NCBI GenBank assembly: GCA_913062655.1
Contig: CAJXXO010000001.1
Coordinates: 1-50,745, forward strand
Reading direction: 5' to 3'
Length of the DNA stretch: 50,745 nt
DNA from: an uncultured Bacteroidota bacterium
Lineage (GTDB): Bacteria; Bacteroidota; Bacteroidia; Chitinophagales; S012-47
The notes beneath the pieces are model-generated. The model made no database searches. It had not been told where the DNA came from and was given only the letters and a program-made list of their open reading frames with translations. Positions 42,740 to 50,745 of this stretch are shown piece after piece. Numbering within the stretch: position 1 is the first letter of the stretch; every line of letters begins with the position of its first letter. The position numbers and the translations under genes were made by a program.

Positions 42740-44410
42740 TTACGGATTGGTCAGTATGGATGAGTAGGCCGCTGTATCCTTCAACAGTTCTATGGCCTTC
42801 TTCAGCATGGGGTCGTCATCGAAAGAGGATTCAATTTCGCCTCGCTGGTAGAAGTACCTGCTTACAATCTCTTCTTCCAGTAGCTCCTTGATCTGATCTT
42901 TGAACTTCACCAGATCCTTGTCTTTATCGTCTTGAATATTGGTACGGATGTCAGACAAGGTAGTCGAGATCGCATCATAGTACTGCTCTTCCTTGGTTTG
43001 TTCTTCAAACTGCTTCAACAGGCGCTCACTGCGGGTTTCGTAGGCATAATCCTTATCGGACAGATAATCGATAAACAGGGCATAATCCTCTTCGCTAAGG
43101 GCAAAAGCCTTAGGCTCGGTGATGGAATCGTGTTGATAATAGTAGGAAGTGGCATAATCGAACAGCAAATCATTGGCCATGAGGCTACCGGTAATGTTAG
43201 CGAGCTTCATCGGTTCCACATCGATGTCGGGTTCAATACCACCACCATCATACACCGTCCGGCCATTGGCTGTAGTAAAGGCATTTTTCAGGGAGTCGGG
43301 AATTTTTGAAATGGTACCATCCTCATTTCGGTGGCTATAGTCGATGGCCTGAATACAGCGGCCACTTGGGGTATAATACTTGGCGGTGGTCAGCTTCAGT
43401 TTTGTATTGAAGGCGATATCGCGGGTCTGCTGCACCAATCCTTTTCCAAACGAACGCTGCCCGATTACCACGCCACGGTCGTAGTCTTGCAAGGTGCCGG
43501 CCACAATCTCTGATGCCGATGCCGAAGTGCTATTGATTAAAACGACAATCGGAATATCCAGATCTTCTGGTTTATTCAAGGTCTTAAAGTCGCGGTTCCA
43601 TTCCTGCACTTTGCCTTTGGTACTCACCACCAACTTACCTTTTTCAATAAACAGATTGCATATGTTTACGGCTTCGTGGAGGAGTCCACCCGGATTGCCG
43701 CGTAGGTCCAGGACCAGCCCGCCTATATCTTTTTCGTCTTTCAGATCACGAAAAGCATTTTTGATGTTTTTGCCGGCATCCTGTGTAAACTGGGTAAGGC
43801 GGATGTAGCCGATATCATCTTTAAGGTAACCGTAGTAGGGTACGTTATCCAGGTTGATGTCCTCTCTCTCCACGGTGAAGTATTGGTCTTCCTCAAAGCC
43901 GGGTCTGCGAATCAACAAATCTACAGTTGTGCCAGGCGCACCCTTCAGGATGTTGCTGATCTCTTCAACGGTTTTATCTTTTGTAGACTGTCCTTCCACT
44001 TCGATGATAAGGTCACCGGCTTTGAGGCCGGCTTTCGTAGCCGGGGCATTTTCATAAGGCTCCATGACGGCTATGTAATCATCCTTTCTTCGGATAATGG
44101 CACCAATGCCCCCATACTTTCCGGTCGTTTGAAAGCGAAAATTTTCCATTTGCGACTCGGAATAGTAGTTGGTGTAGGGATCCAATGAGCTCAGCATGGC
44201 ATCTATGCCGGTCCGCATCAATTCATTGGGGTTGATCTCGTCTACATAATAGATATTCAGCTCTTTGTAGATGTCGGATAGAATTTCGAGGTTTTTCGAC
44301 AGTTCAAAATAATTATCGCCTGCTGCGATAGGTATGGTAATAGCACCAGCAAAGCCCAGTGCTACCAACCATTTCTTTGGTCTTTGGAAAAACTTACGAA
44401 TGCGATTCAT
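42740..44410 (-). CDS. S41-family carboxy-terminal processing peptidase (PDZ-containing)
   Basis: The ORF opens at GTG 44452; I prefer ATG 44410 (MNRIRKFF..). Motifs: PDZ ([19 protein letters not shown]), [24 protein letters not shown] and GKGLVQ. Confidence 0.9.
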   Translation of the reverse strand: MNRIRKFFQRPKKWLVALGFAGAITIPIAAGDNYFELSKNLEILSDIYKELNIYYVDEINPNELMRTGIDAMLSSLDPYTNYYSESQMENFRFQTTGKYGGIGAIIRRKDDYIAVMEPYENAPATKAGLKAGDLIIEVEGQSTKDKTVEEISNILKGAPGTTVDLLIRRPGFEEDQYFTVEREDINLDNVPYYGYLKDDIGYIRLTQFTQDAGKNIKNAFRDLKDEKDIGGLVLDLRGNPGGLLHEAVNICNLFIEKGKLVVSTKGKVQEWNRDFKTLNKPEDLDIPIVVLINSTSASASEIVAGTLQDYDRGVVIGQRSFGKGLVQQTRDIAFNTKLKLTTAKYYTPSGRCIQAIDYSHRNEDGTISKIPDSLKNAFTTANGRTVYDGGGIEPDIDVEPMKLANITGSLMANDLLFDYATSYYYQHDSITEPKAFALSEEDYALFIDYLSDKDYAYETRSERLLKQFEEQTKEEQYYDAISTTLSDIRTNIQDDKDKDLVKFKDQIKELLEEEIVSRYFYQRGEIESSFDDDPMLKKAIELLKDTAAYSSILTNP

Positions 44411-44636
44411 GCCTTTCTTTTTTCTCGGGTACGGGATCGTAGCCATGTCCACCCCAGGGATGACAACGTGAAATGCGCTTAATGGTTAGCCATCCCCCTC
44501 GAATGGGGCCAAATTTCTGTATAGCTTCCACACCATATTGTGAGCAGGTGGGCGTATACCGGCAAGCGTTGGGCAGATAGGGGGAAATCACTTGCTGGTA
44601 CAACCGAATAAGACCCACAAAAAGCCAACTAATCAT
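44394..44636 (-). CDS. yidD: Membrane protein insertion efficiency factor YidD
   Basis: The ORF opens at TTG 44654; ATG 44636 ([14 protein letters not shown]) lies 4 nt after the rnpA stop. Signature: [51 protein letters not shown]. Confidence 0.88.
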   Translation of the reverse strand: MISWLFVGLIRLYQQVISPYLPNACRYTPTCSQYGVEAIQKFGPIRGGWLTIKRISRCHPWGGHGYDPVPEKKERHESHS

Positions 44637-44640
44637 GGCG

Positions 44641-44931
44641 CTAAGCCTCTTCAATGGCTTGGATTAAACGATTTAAAATTAGGATTATTTTCGGGTGGAG
44701 CTCGTTAAAGGACGTTACTTTTTTGTCATTGTAGATAAACATCAACAACAATTGACGGTCCTTTCGCTGCAGGGCAGTATACAGCTCCTGTTTAGCAATG
44801 CGATACCCTTCTCTTAGGTTCCTTTTGACTTGATTGCGGTCGTGAGCTTTGGCGAGGTGCCGCTTGCTGGCGCTAAAGGCCACCTTGGCAGGAATGGAGG
44901 CGGGCGAAAAGTTGTGCAATCGATACACCAA
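44641..44931 (-). CDS. rnpA: Ribonuclease P protein component; the true N-terminus probably lies upstream of the first canonical start
   Basis: 96 aa from TTG 44931, with the RNR-type motif [23 protein letters not shown]. The frame stays open upstream to 45066 and encodes ..LTRHERIKQRRLIQALFASNATIDEWPIR.., which resembles conserved RnpA N-termini. Confidence 0.8.
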   Translation of the reverse strand: MVYRLHNFSPASIPAKVAFSASKRHLAKAHDRNQVKRNLREGYRIAKQELYTALQRKDRQLLLMFIYNDKKVTSFNELHPKIILILNRLIQAIEEA

Positions 44932-45061
44932 TCGAATGGGCCACTCGTCTATAGTGGCATTAGACGCAAACAGCGCCTGGATTAACCTGCGCTGTTTTAT
45001 ACGTTCATGCCGGGTGAGCCGGCTGTCAGATGTCGAAAATAAAGAAGTCGTAGGCGTGGGC

Positions 45062-45217
45062 TTACTTCAAACGCTTCTCGTCAGATACCGAAAGTTTCTT
45101 GCGACCTTTCTTTCTGCGTGCTTTGATAACGTTGCGGCCCCAACGGTCTTTCATCCGACTGCGGAATCCGTGCTTGTTGGTACGCTTCTTTCTAGAGGGT
45201 TGATACGTTCTTTTCAT
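45062..45217 (-). CDS. rpmH: 50S ribosomal protein L34
   Basis: Not in the ORF track because it is 51 aa. My hand translation gives [51 protein letters not shown], the canonical L34 sequence, upstream of rnpA as usual. Confidence 0.92.
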   Translation of the reverse strand: MKRTYQPSRKKRTNKHGFRSRMKDRWGRNVIKARRKKGRKKLSVSDEKRLK

Positions 45218-45239
45218 CGCTCACTTTATTTGCGGTGTG

Positions 45240-45247
45240 CAAAAATA
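45240..45247 (-). promoter_or_regulatory. Candidate -7 promoter box (TAnnTTTG) for rpmH-rnpA-yidD
   Basis: The minus strand reads TATTTTTG, 22 nt upstream of the rpmH ATG (45217). Confidence 0.35.
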
Positions 45248-45271
45248 CAGGTATTCTAATATAAAGTGAAA

Positions 45272-45280
45272 TTATCCACA
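45272..45280 (+). promoter_or_regulatory. Perfect DnaA-box consensus 9-mer (TTATCCACA)
   Basis: Exact match to the E. coli-type consensus. It lies between the rho terminator and the rpmH promoter region. It is the only exact match I saw in the window. Confidence 0.4.
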
Positions 45281-45281
45281 T

Positions 45282-45306
45282 AAAAAGGGCGGAAACCAAG
45301 CCGCCC
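45282..45306 (-). terminator. Intrinsic terminator of rho
   Basis: GGGCGG (45287-45292) pairs with CCGCCC (45301-45306) around an 8-nt loop. On the minus strand it is followed by TTTTTA. It lies 14 nt past the rho stop (45320). Confidence 0.8.
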
Positions 45307-45319
45307 TTTTCCTAGTGTC

Positions 45320-46924
45320 TTATCCATTCATAGAAATGAGGAATTCTTCGTTGGTCTTCGTCCCTTTCATATTGTTGAGAATGAAGTCCATCGCTTCCTC
45401 TGTATTCATATCAGCCAGGTGTTTGCGCAAAATCCACATGCGTTGCAACACGTCACGATCAAGCAGCAAGTCTTCCCGTCTTGTACTGGAGCTTACCAGG
45501 TCGATGGCCGGGAATATCCTGCGGTTGGCCAATTTGCGGTCGAGAGACAATTCCATGTTACCCGTACCCTTGAATTCTTCAAAGATTACCTCATCCATCT
45601 TGGAGCCGGTATCGATCAAGGCGGTAGCAAGAATGGTCAGGCTTCCACCATTTTCAATATTACGGGCGGCACCAAAGAATTGCTTGGGTTTGTGCAAGGC
45701 ATTGGCTTCAACACCTCCAGACAACACCTTACCAGATGGAGGTGCAACTGTATTGTGTGCGCGGGCTAGACGAGTGATAGAGTCGAGCAGTATTACCACA
45801 TCCTGACCGCACTCTACCAGGCGCTTGGCTTTTTGGAGCACAATATTAGATACCTTGACATGTCGCTCTGCCGGTTCGTCAAACGTAGATGCGATCACCT
45901 CTGCATTTACGCTTCGTTCCATATCGGTTACCTCTTCCGGGCGTTCATCAATCAATAAGATGAGTAGGTACACTTCCGGATGATTACGGGCAATGGCGTT
46001 GGCTACTGCTTTCAGCAAGAGGGTCTTACCCGTCTTGGGTTGCGCCACGATCATACCCCGCTGGCCCTTGCCAATTGGGGTAAACATGTCCATGATTCGT
46101 GTGGAGTAGTCAACACTATCGGTAGACAGATCAAGCTTTTGCTCAGGGAAAAGCGGTGTCAGGTAATCAAACGGTACGCGATCGCGCACATCATCAGGCT
46201 TGCGCTCATTGATGGTCTCTACCTTAAGCAAGGCAAAGTACTTTTCCCCTTCTTTTGGGGGGCGAATGCTGCCCTTCACGGTATCACCGGTCTTCAGGCC
46301 AAACAGTTTGATCTGCGATGGCGATACATAAATGTCATCGGGAGAGGAGAGGTAATTGTAGTCAGCGGAGCGGAGGAAACCGTACCCATCGGGCATCATT
46401 TCCAGTACGCCTTCGCCATTGATTACGCCATCGAGCTCCACATCAAAGGCATTTGACTTATCCTCTTGCTGTGGCTTACGGCTCGGACGATTGTCGCTTC
46501 TTTGCTCTCTTCGATCGTCATGGCGCTGGTCTTTGCGATCATCCTGTCGCGACTCTTTTTTCTCATCGCCAGACTTCCTGTCGCGGTGATCTGTGCGCTT
46601 GGTTTTCTTATCGTCTTCTTTTGGAGCAGGCTTATCGCTTTTTTGCTCGCCTGATTGAGCAGACTTATCGTCTTTAGTTGTCTTTCGGGGTTCGCGTTTG
46701 CGTCTTGGCTTTTGCTCCTGCGATGCTTTATTATCGCGTTTTTCTTCTCCATTACTCTGCTTACTGCTGGGCTTGGGCGCCTCGCCTGTAATGGCTTGTT
46801 GATCCAGAATTTTGTAGATCAGATCTTGCTTATTCAGGGATCGGTAGGATTTGATATTGAGTTGTTTTGCAATGTCTTGCAAGTCAGCCACGAGCATGTC
46901 GTTCAGCTGCAAAATGTCGTACAT
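45320..46924 (-). CDS. rho: Transcription termination factor Rho with a ~120-aa charged N-terminal insertion
   Basis: 534 aa with an N-terminal helix bundle ([24 protein letters not shown]), a K/D/E/R/Q/S-rich low-complexity insert (aa ~48-165), a cold-shock-like RNA-binding domain, Walker A ([10 protein letters not shown]) and conserved Q/R loops. Confidence 0.93.
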   Translation of the reverse strand: MYDILQLNDMLVADLQDIAKQLNIKSYRSLNKQDLIYKILDQQAITGEAPKPSSKQSNGEEKRDNKASQEQKPRRKREPRKTTKDDKSAQSGEQKSDKPAPKEDDKKTKRTDHRDRKSGDEKKESRQDDRKDQRHDDRREQRSDNRPSRKPQQEDKSNAFDVELDGVINGEGVLEMMPDGYGFLRSADYNYLSSPDDIYVSPSQIKLFGLKTGDTVKGSIRPPKEGEKYFALLKVETINERKPDDVRDRVPFDYLTPLFPEQKLDLSTDSVDYSTRIMDMFTPIGKGQRGMIVAQPKTGKTLLLKAVANAIARNHPEVYLLILLIDERPEEVTDMERSVNAEVIASTFDEPAERHVKVSNIVLQKAKRLVECGQDVVILLDSITRLARAHNTVAPPSGKVLSGGVEANALHKPKQFFGAARNIENGGSLTILATALIDTGSKMDEVIFEEFKGTGNMELSLDRKLANRRIFPAIDLVSSSTRREDLLLDRDVLQRMWILRKHLADMNTEEAMDFILNNMKGTKTNEEFLISMNG

Positions 46925-47111
46925 GTGTATACGTATTTATGGTATGAAATGGTGAAATGTCGTCTTACAAAAAAGAGGGATAAAATCGGCCTCACCAGGG
47001 ATGGTGGAGGCAGAATTGTAATGCAATGTTACGTATTACTTACGAAATAGTCAAATGCACGAATAGGGTAGCGAGTTCCGGAAGGGTGCTGTAAAATGAC
47101 CCGTAGAAGAA

Positions 47112-47119
47112 TATCTTTG
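47112..47119 (+). promoter_or_regulatory. Candidate -7 promoter box (TAnnTTTG) for serS
   Basis: TATCTTTG lies 18 nt upstream of the ATG at 47137. Confidence 0.4.
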
Positions 47120-47136
47120 CAACAAAGGTTCAAATT

Positions 47137-48402
47137 ATGTTGAGTGTACCCTATTTACGCGAGCATCGGGAAGAGGCCATTGCGGGCCTAAAAAAGCGGG
47201 GTGTGGAAGCAGCACCTTTGATAGATAAGGTGATGGCTTTGGATGATGAGCGCAAGACGCAGCAGCAAGCGCATGATGGTTTGTTGGCGGAGATGAATCG
47301 CTTGTCTAAGTCCATTGGTCAACTGTATAAAGAGGGTAAACGGGAAGAGGCAGAAGAAAAAAAAGCAGCGGTAAGCGCACTCAAGGAAAAGGCTTCCGGG
47401 TTGGAGGCGGCTCGTAAGGATACCTTACTGGCCTTGCAGGAAGTGCTGGAGCAAATCCCAAATGTTCCACATGAAACAGTAGCTGCCGGACAATCTGAAG
47501 AAGACAATGTATTGGTAAGAGAGGGTGAACTAGCTGCTGCACCCAACCAGAAGAAACCGCACTGGGATATAGCCAAAGACCTGGATATACTGGATTTTGA
47601 ATTGGGCAATGTGCTCACCGGTAGTGGATTTCCCGTGTTCAGAGGAAAAGGCGCTCGATTGCAGCGGGCTTTAATCAGTTATTTTCTGGACCAGGCCCAG
47701 GAGCAAGGATATGAAGAAGTAATGCCGCCCCTGTTGGTGAATGCAGACTCTGCCTACGCTACCGGACAACTGCCGGATAAGGAGGGTCAGATGTATACGA
47801 TCACGGAGGACCAGTTATACCTTATTCCTACCGCGGAGGTACCCATCACCAATATTTATCGAGGGCGGTTATTAGAGGAAAGCGATTTGCCAAGGAAGCA
47901 CGTTGGCTATACCCCGTGTTTCCGCAGAGAAGCCGGTTCTTATGGTAAAGATGTGCGGGGGTTGAATCGCGTTCACCAGTTTGATAAGGTGGAAATTGTG
48001 CAATTGGTGCATCCTGAGCATTCATACCAGGTACTGGAAGATATGGTCAGCTACGTGGAGTCGCTGGTGCAGTCCCTGGAGCTGCCCTACCGAATCGTTC
48101 GCCTTTGTGGTGGTGATCTTGGGTTTACATCCGCACTTACCTACGACTTTGAAGTCTATGCCGCTGCGCAAGATAAGTGGCTTGAGGTAAGTTCTGTGTC
48201 CAACTTTGAAGACTTTCAAAGTCAGCGATTGAACTGCCGGTTTAGGGATGACAATAAAAAGAAGCACCTCGTGCATACCTTGAATGGTAGTGCATTGGCT
48301 TTACCGCGCATCATGGCTGCGCTGTTGGAAAATCACCAGGATAGTCATGGGATTGTGGTACCGGAAGTGTTGCGGCCTTACACCGGCTTTGATCGAATAT
48401 GA
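47137..48402 (+). CDS. serS: Seryl-tRNA synthetase
   Basis: 421 aa with an N-terminal coiled-coil arm. Class II motifs: LIPTAEVPITN, CFRREAGSYGKDVRGLNRVHQFDKVE, TLNGSALALPR. Confidence 0.93.
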   Translation: MLSVPYLREHREEAIAGLKKRGVEAAPLIDKVMALDDERKTQQQAHDGLLAEMNRLSKSIGQLYKEGKREEAEEKKAAVSALKEKASGLEAARKDTLLALQEVLEQIPNVPHETVAAGQSEEDNVLVREGELAAAPNQKKPHWDIAKDLDILDFELGNVLTGSGFPVFRGKGARLQRALISYFLDQAQEQGYEEVMPPLLVNADSAYATGQLPDKEGQMYTITEDQLYLIPTAEVPITNIYRGRLLEESDLPRKHVGYTPCFRREAGSYGKDVRGLNRVHQFDKVEIVQLVHPEHSYQVLEDMVSYVESLVQSLELPYRIVRLCGGDLGFTSALTYDFEVYAAAQDKWLEVSSVSNFEDFQSQRLNCRFRDDNKKKHLVHTLNGSALALPRIMAALLENHQDSHGIVVPEVLRPYTGFDRI

Positions 48403-48996
48403 TCAGCGACTGACTAATGCGGCAGTATCATCTGTCAGTTGTTGCACTTTGAAATAGACACGCACTTCGGTAAGCATATCGGTTACGGTGTGGGATTGGT
48501 TGGCTAAATGGGGCATTACATACCCGCTTACCGATTGATTCAACTGCAGGGCGACAAAGAGCGCCTGTTCAACGGATCGTGGGTGTCCGATCATGGTCAT
48601 CGTACAATTATGTTGTTCCAGACAAACATTATAGACAGCTTCGATCAAGGTGGTAGCTGAGTGCAACGTGTAGACTTGCAGATTTTCCTCTTGTAGTTCG
48701 GTATTTATTTTCCGGGCGGAGGCTTCGCCTTTCGCATTGTATGCGATATACAACTCTTGTAAATATCCTTGTTGTAATAGGATGCGGCATTTATTCGATA
48801 AGTTGCTAAGATCCTGGGTATCTGCCTCATCAATATAGAGGAAGCCCAAGTCTGCTGCCGGCAGTTGCGATAAGTTACTGTGTATATGGGGTTGTGTGGT
48901 GCGCTGCATCACTTGGTGGGTGTACAAAACAAACCCACTACACAGCAAGGATACTACTGCAGCAAATACCAGTATTTTTCGAAAAGTAGCTATCAT
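48403..48996 (-). CDS. SanA/YdcF (DUF218)-like membrane-anchored protein
   Basis: 197 aa with an N-terminal TM helix. The segment MTMIGHPRSVEQALFVALQLNQSVSGYVMP resembles the E. coli SanA region [27 protein letters not shown], recalled from memory. Its stop abuts the serS stop with no gap. Confidence 0.5.
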   Translation of the reverse strand: MIATFRKILVFAAVVSLLCSGFVLYTHQVMQRTTQPHIHSNLSQLPAADLGFLYIDEADTQDLSNLSNKCRILLQQGYLQELYIAYNAKGEASARKINTELQEENLQVYTLHSATTLIEAVYNVCLEQHNCTMTMIGHPRSVEQALFVALQLNQSVSGYVMPHLANQSHTVTDMLTEVRVYFKVQQLTDDTAALVSR

Positions 48997-49120
48997 GAAA
49001 GGAGCTTGCGTTGCTTTCGCGGCAAAACTAAGTCTATTTTGATGCGTATTCTACTAATTGGTTGCAGTTTAATACACCCATAACTTGTTGATTGTGTACG
49101 AATGCGCTACACTTTAGTTG

Positions 49121-50350
49121 CTAATCCGGACTAATTTTGACGTTGTTTTCCCAATTGGCACGAATAGTTATGGGAGAAGGTATAACGAAGACAGCTTCCG
49201 GTAATTGCCGTAAGGCCCATCTCCCCGCATCCCAATAGCCATTTTCATTGCGGTCTACTATGGCCCGAACCGTATAGTTGCCGGGTGACAAGTAGGGTAT
49301 TCGCCAGGCGTCTCCTTTAGTGGTGTGGGATTGTATAAGTGTGCCCGTCTCCGTAAGCAGTTGAAGCAGAATGGTTGAACCGATCCAGGTGCTGTCAATT
49401 GCCACAACTAACTGTCCCCATTCCTCTTTTTTCGGGATGGGTATCAATCCAGAAGCCGGCCGATTAGGATAACCAAACCAGTCAACTAGATGCTGCGGAC
49501 GCCAAGCCCATTTTAGGGTGTCGCCAAAAGGAATCCCGTCTGTTTTTATCTCGATAGCGGTACGTGTTGCAACACATTGATAATCAATGGGCAGCGAATC
49601 AATAGAAAGGGTAAACGATTGGCTATCAATATGTTGTAGAGGTGTTTTTAATTGATAGCGGAGGGTTAAACCCTTCTCGCGATACTGTATCATGGGTGCT
49701 GGTAGGGAAAATACCGAATCTCGGTCAGGCAGTTGTCGCAGCGGTAGTGTATCCGTAAAGGTAAGAGTGTCGGAATAGGTTGCGTGCAACACCAGCGAGT
49801 CTGCTGTAGTAGGCTGGTACATGACCCGGAAAGAGTCAGTGTGCAATGGAATGACGGCAAACGAATCAACGCCAGACAATTGAAGTGCTGCTGCGGGTAG
49901 CGGATAGCTGGAGGTAATGGTCAACAGTCCTTGCTCTTCCTGTTTGCTCTTGCATGCGAAATCGAAGGCATGCGGTGGATTAATTAGCATCATTTTGCGG
50001 GCTGGCGAATTGCTTGGTGTAACGGGTTCAGCTAAAAAGGCCATTGACTCTGTAGCAGGTTGTATGCGCAGATCGTTGTTCTGATCAGCAAATCCTATGA
50101 CCGTAAATGTATCTGCCCGCAAGTAAGCAAAGTTGACCTGCCCTTCCTCGTTGGTTTGTTGAAAGTAAATCGGCTTATCGGTACCCAAGGTACTGTCAGT
50201 AACGGTTATGGGGTACAATCCAACAACGATATCGGGTACCGGTTGCTGCGTCAGGGGGTGACGCACTTCGAATGCCAGGGACAGCGAATCAATGTAGGCT
50301 CCGGTAGAGAAAACGTAGGAAAAATTGGATAGCACATTATTCTCATTCAA
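49121..50350 (-). CDS. Ig-like (SbsA/Big_5-type) domain protein, apparently 5'-truncated (possible pseudogene)
   Basis: 409 aa from TTG 50350. The frame is open upstream to 50434 (VIEISLYGEKLFFFPLNYLINFGNSLKDLNENN..). The motif YVFSTGAYIDSLSL and the C-terminal RNENGYWDAG match a Bacteroidota lipoprotein family. As I recall, that family carries ~100 further N-terminal residues including a lipoprotein signal; these are absent here. Confidence 0.6.
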   Translation of the reverse strand: MNENNVLSNFSYVFSTGAYIDSLSLAFEVRHPLTQQPVPDIVVGLYPITVTDSTLGTDKPIYFQQTNEEGQVNFAYLRADTFTVIGFADQNNDLRIQPATESMAFLAEPVTPSNSPARKMMLINPPHAFDFACKSKQEEQGLLTITSSYPLPAAALQLSGVDSFAVIPLHTDSFRVMYQPTTADSLVLHATYSDTLTFTDTLPLRQLPDRDSVFSLPAPMIQYREKGLTLRYQLKTPLQHIDSQSFTLSIDSLPIDYQCVATRTAIEIKTDGIPFGDTLKWAWRPQHLVDWFGYPNRPASGLIPIPKKEEWGQLVVAIDSTWIGSTILLQLLTETGTLIQSHTTKGDAWRIPYLSPGNYTVRAIVDRNENGYWDAGRWALRQLPEAVFVIPSPITIRANWENNVKISPD

Positions 50351-50434
50351 GTCTTTCAGGCTGTTTCCAAAATTGATGAGATAATTGAGGGGAAAGAAAA
50401 AGAGCTTCTCACCGTATAGCGAGATCTCAATGAC

Positions 50435-50745
50435 TCAAAAAAACATAAAGCATGTGGCAATCAAGGTGCCACAACTGATCCAAATATCCGCATATCCATA
50501 CAAAGTTGATTGAGATTCGACCATTGGTGCTGTGGCGACAGAGGCGGTAAAAAAGACTGATAGGCTCAATCTGTTAGTTAAATGCAGTGTAATGCCGAGA
50601 GTAAGAGTGATCAAACTAAAGTAGTTGACTAACCATGGTAGCCCCAAAAAGAAAGTGTTGCTATTGCTGAGTCTAGAAGCGTTTTCAGAAAGTGCAAGGA
50701 TAAATTTTATAGCTTCTGGATGTCTCTGATACCACGCAAGCTTCT
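50435..50745 (-). CDS. 3' end of a hydrophobic membrane protein of unknown function (5' part outside the window) in an AT-richer segment
   Basis: The minus-strand frame is open from the window edge to TGA 50435-50437. It reads KLAWYQRHPEAIKFILALSENASRLSNSNTFFLGLPWLVNYFSLITLTLGITLHL..WISCGTLIATCFMFF*. I recognise no family. Confidence 0.35.
   Translation of the reverse strand, partial: KLAWYQRHPEAIKFILALSENASRLSNSNTFFLGLPWLVNYFSLITLTLGITLHLTNRLSLSVFFTASVATAPMVESQSTLYGYADIWISCGTLIATCFMFF

Noticed and set aside
47076-47086. TTCCGGAAGGG in the rho/serS intergenic region, reminiscent of the SRP RNA domain IV core.
   Set aside because: It is only a partial match with no complementary helix-8-type pairing around it. 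The region is better explained as the divergent promoters and leaders of rho and serS.
50435-50437. Whether the in-frame TGA joining the hydrophobic ORF and the Ig-like ORF is a selenocysteine or read-through codon.
   Set aside because: The two halves have unrelated composition and GC content. No SECIS-like hairpin is evident immediately downstream. Same-frame juxtaposition occurs by chance one time in three. A breakpoint is the simpler explanation.
1-50745. Search for CRISPR arrays, IS elements or transposases, integrases, rRNA and tRNA genes.
   Set aside because: Reading the sequence and the ORF track revealed no regularly spaced direct repeats, no DDE or tyrosine-recombinase-like ORFs and no rRNA or tRNA signatures. 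Absence by eye is not proof; tRNAscan-SE, Infernal and ISfinder should be run.

Overview
This 50.7-kb window looks like Bacteroidota chromosome. Evidence: several T9SS C-terminal sorting domains, a complete MoxR-DUF58-BatABCDE operon, TAnnTTTG-type -7 promoter boxes, and a Rho factor with a charged N-terminal insertion. GC is moderate, and a visibly AT-richer segment occupies the last ~300 bp. I support about 48 protein-coding genes. I could not recognise any rRNA, tRNA, CRISPR array, transposase or integrase.

Gene content, left to right:
- Secreted T9SS cargo: the tail of one protein, a BNR/sortilin-like 1051-aa protein, and a 6x CHRD-repeat protein.
- A PadR-PspC pair divergent from MscS and a DUF3078-like gene.
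- A nine-gene moxR/bat operon (10.6-18.8 kb), followed by a TonB-dependent receptor, a DUF2141 gene and a macro-domain gene.
- A seven-gene minus-strand Cu(I)/Ag(I)-type RND efflux operon (22.1-31.2 kb). It encodes a Cys/His-rich small protein, CusA, TolC, CusB, DUF3347, HMA and a lipoprotein.
- A T9SS beta-propeller protein, an HdeD-like protein, an Asp-protease-PDZ protein, a TPR/PMT-like membrane protein and nadD.
- A 424-bp non-coding convergent gap.
- A minus-strand run: two ArsR regulators, a rhodanese-like protein, tsaB, an M28 peptidase, TauE, an S41 protease and yidD-rnpA-rpmH.
- rho divergent from serS, a SanA-like gene, and a 5'-truncated Ig-like gene abutting AT-rich DNA at the right edge.

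I did not find an unambiguous new multi-gene system such as a defence island. The most checkable oddities are:
- The uncharacterised accessory proteins of the Cu/Ag operon and its enlarged CusA.
- The 424-bp gap with a DnaA-box-like cluster, an AT-rich tract and hairpins.
- A Cys-free ArsR plus Cys-free tandem rhodanese plus membrane-protein module.
- An rnpA whose conserved N-terminus lies upstream of any canonical start codon.
- The breakpoint at the right edge.

All family assignments come from motif recognition by eye and need HMM or BLAST confirmation.
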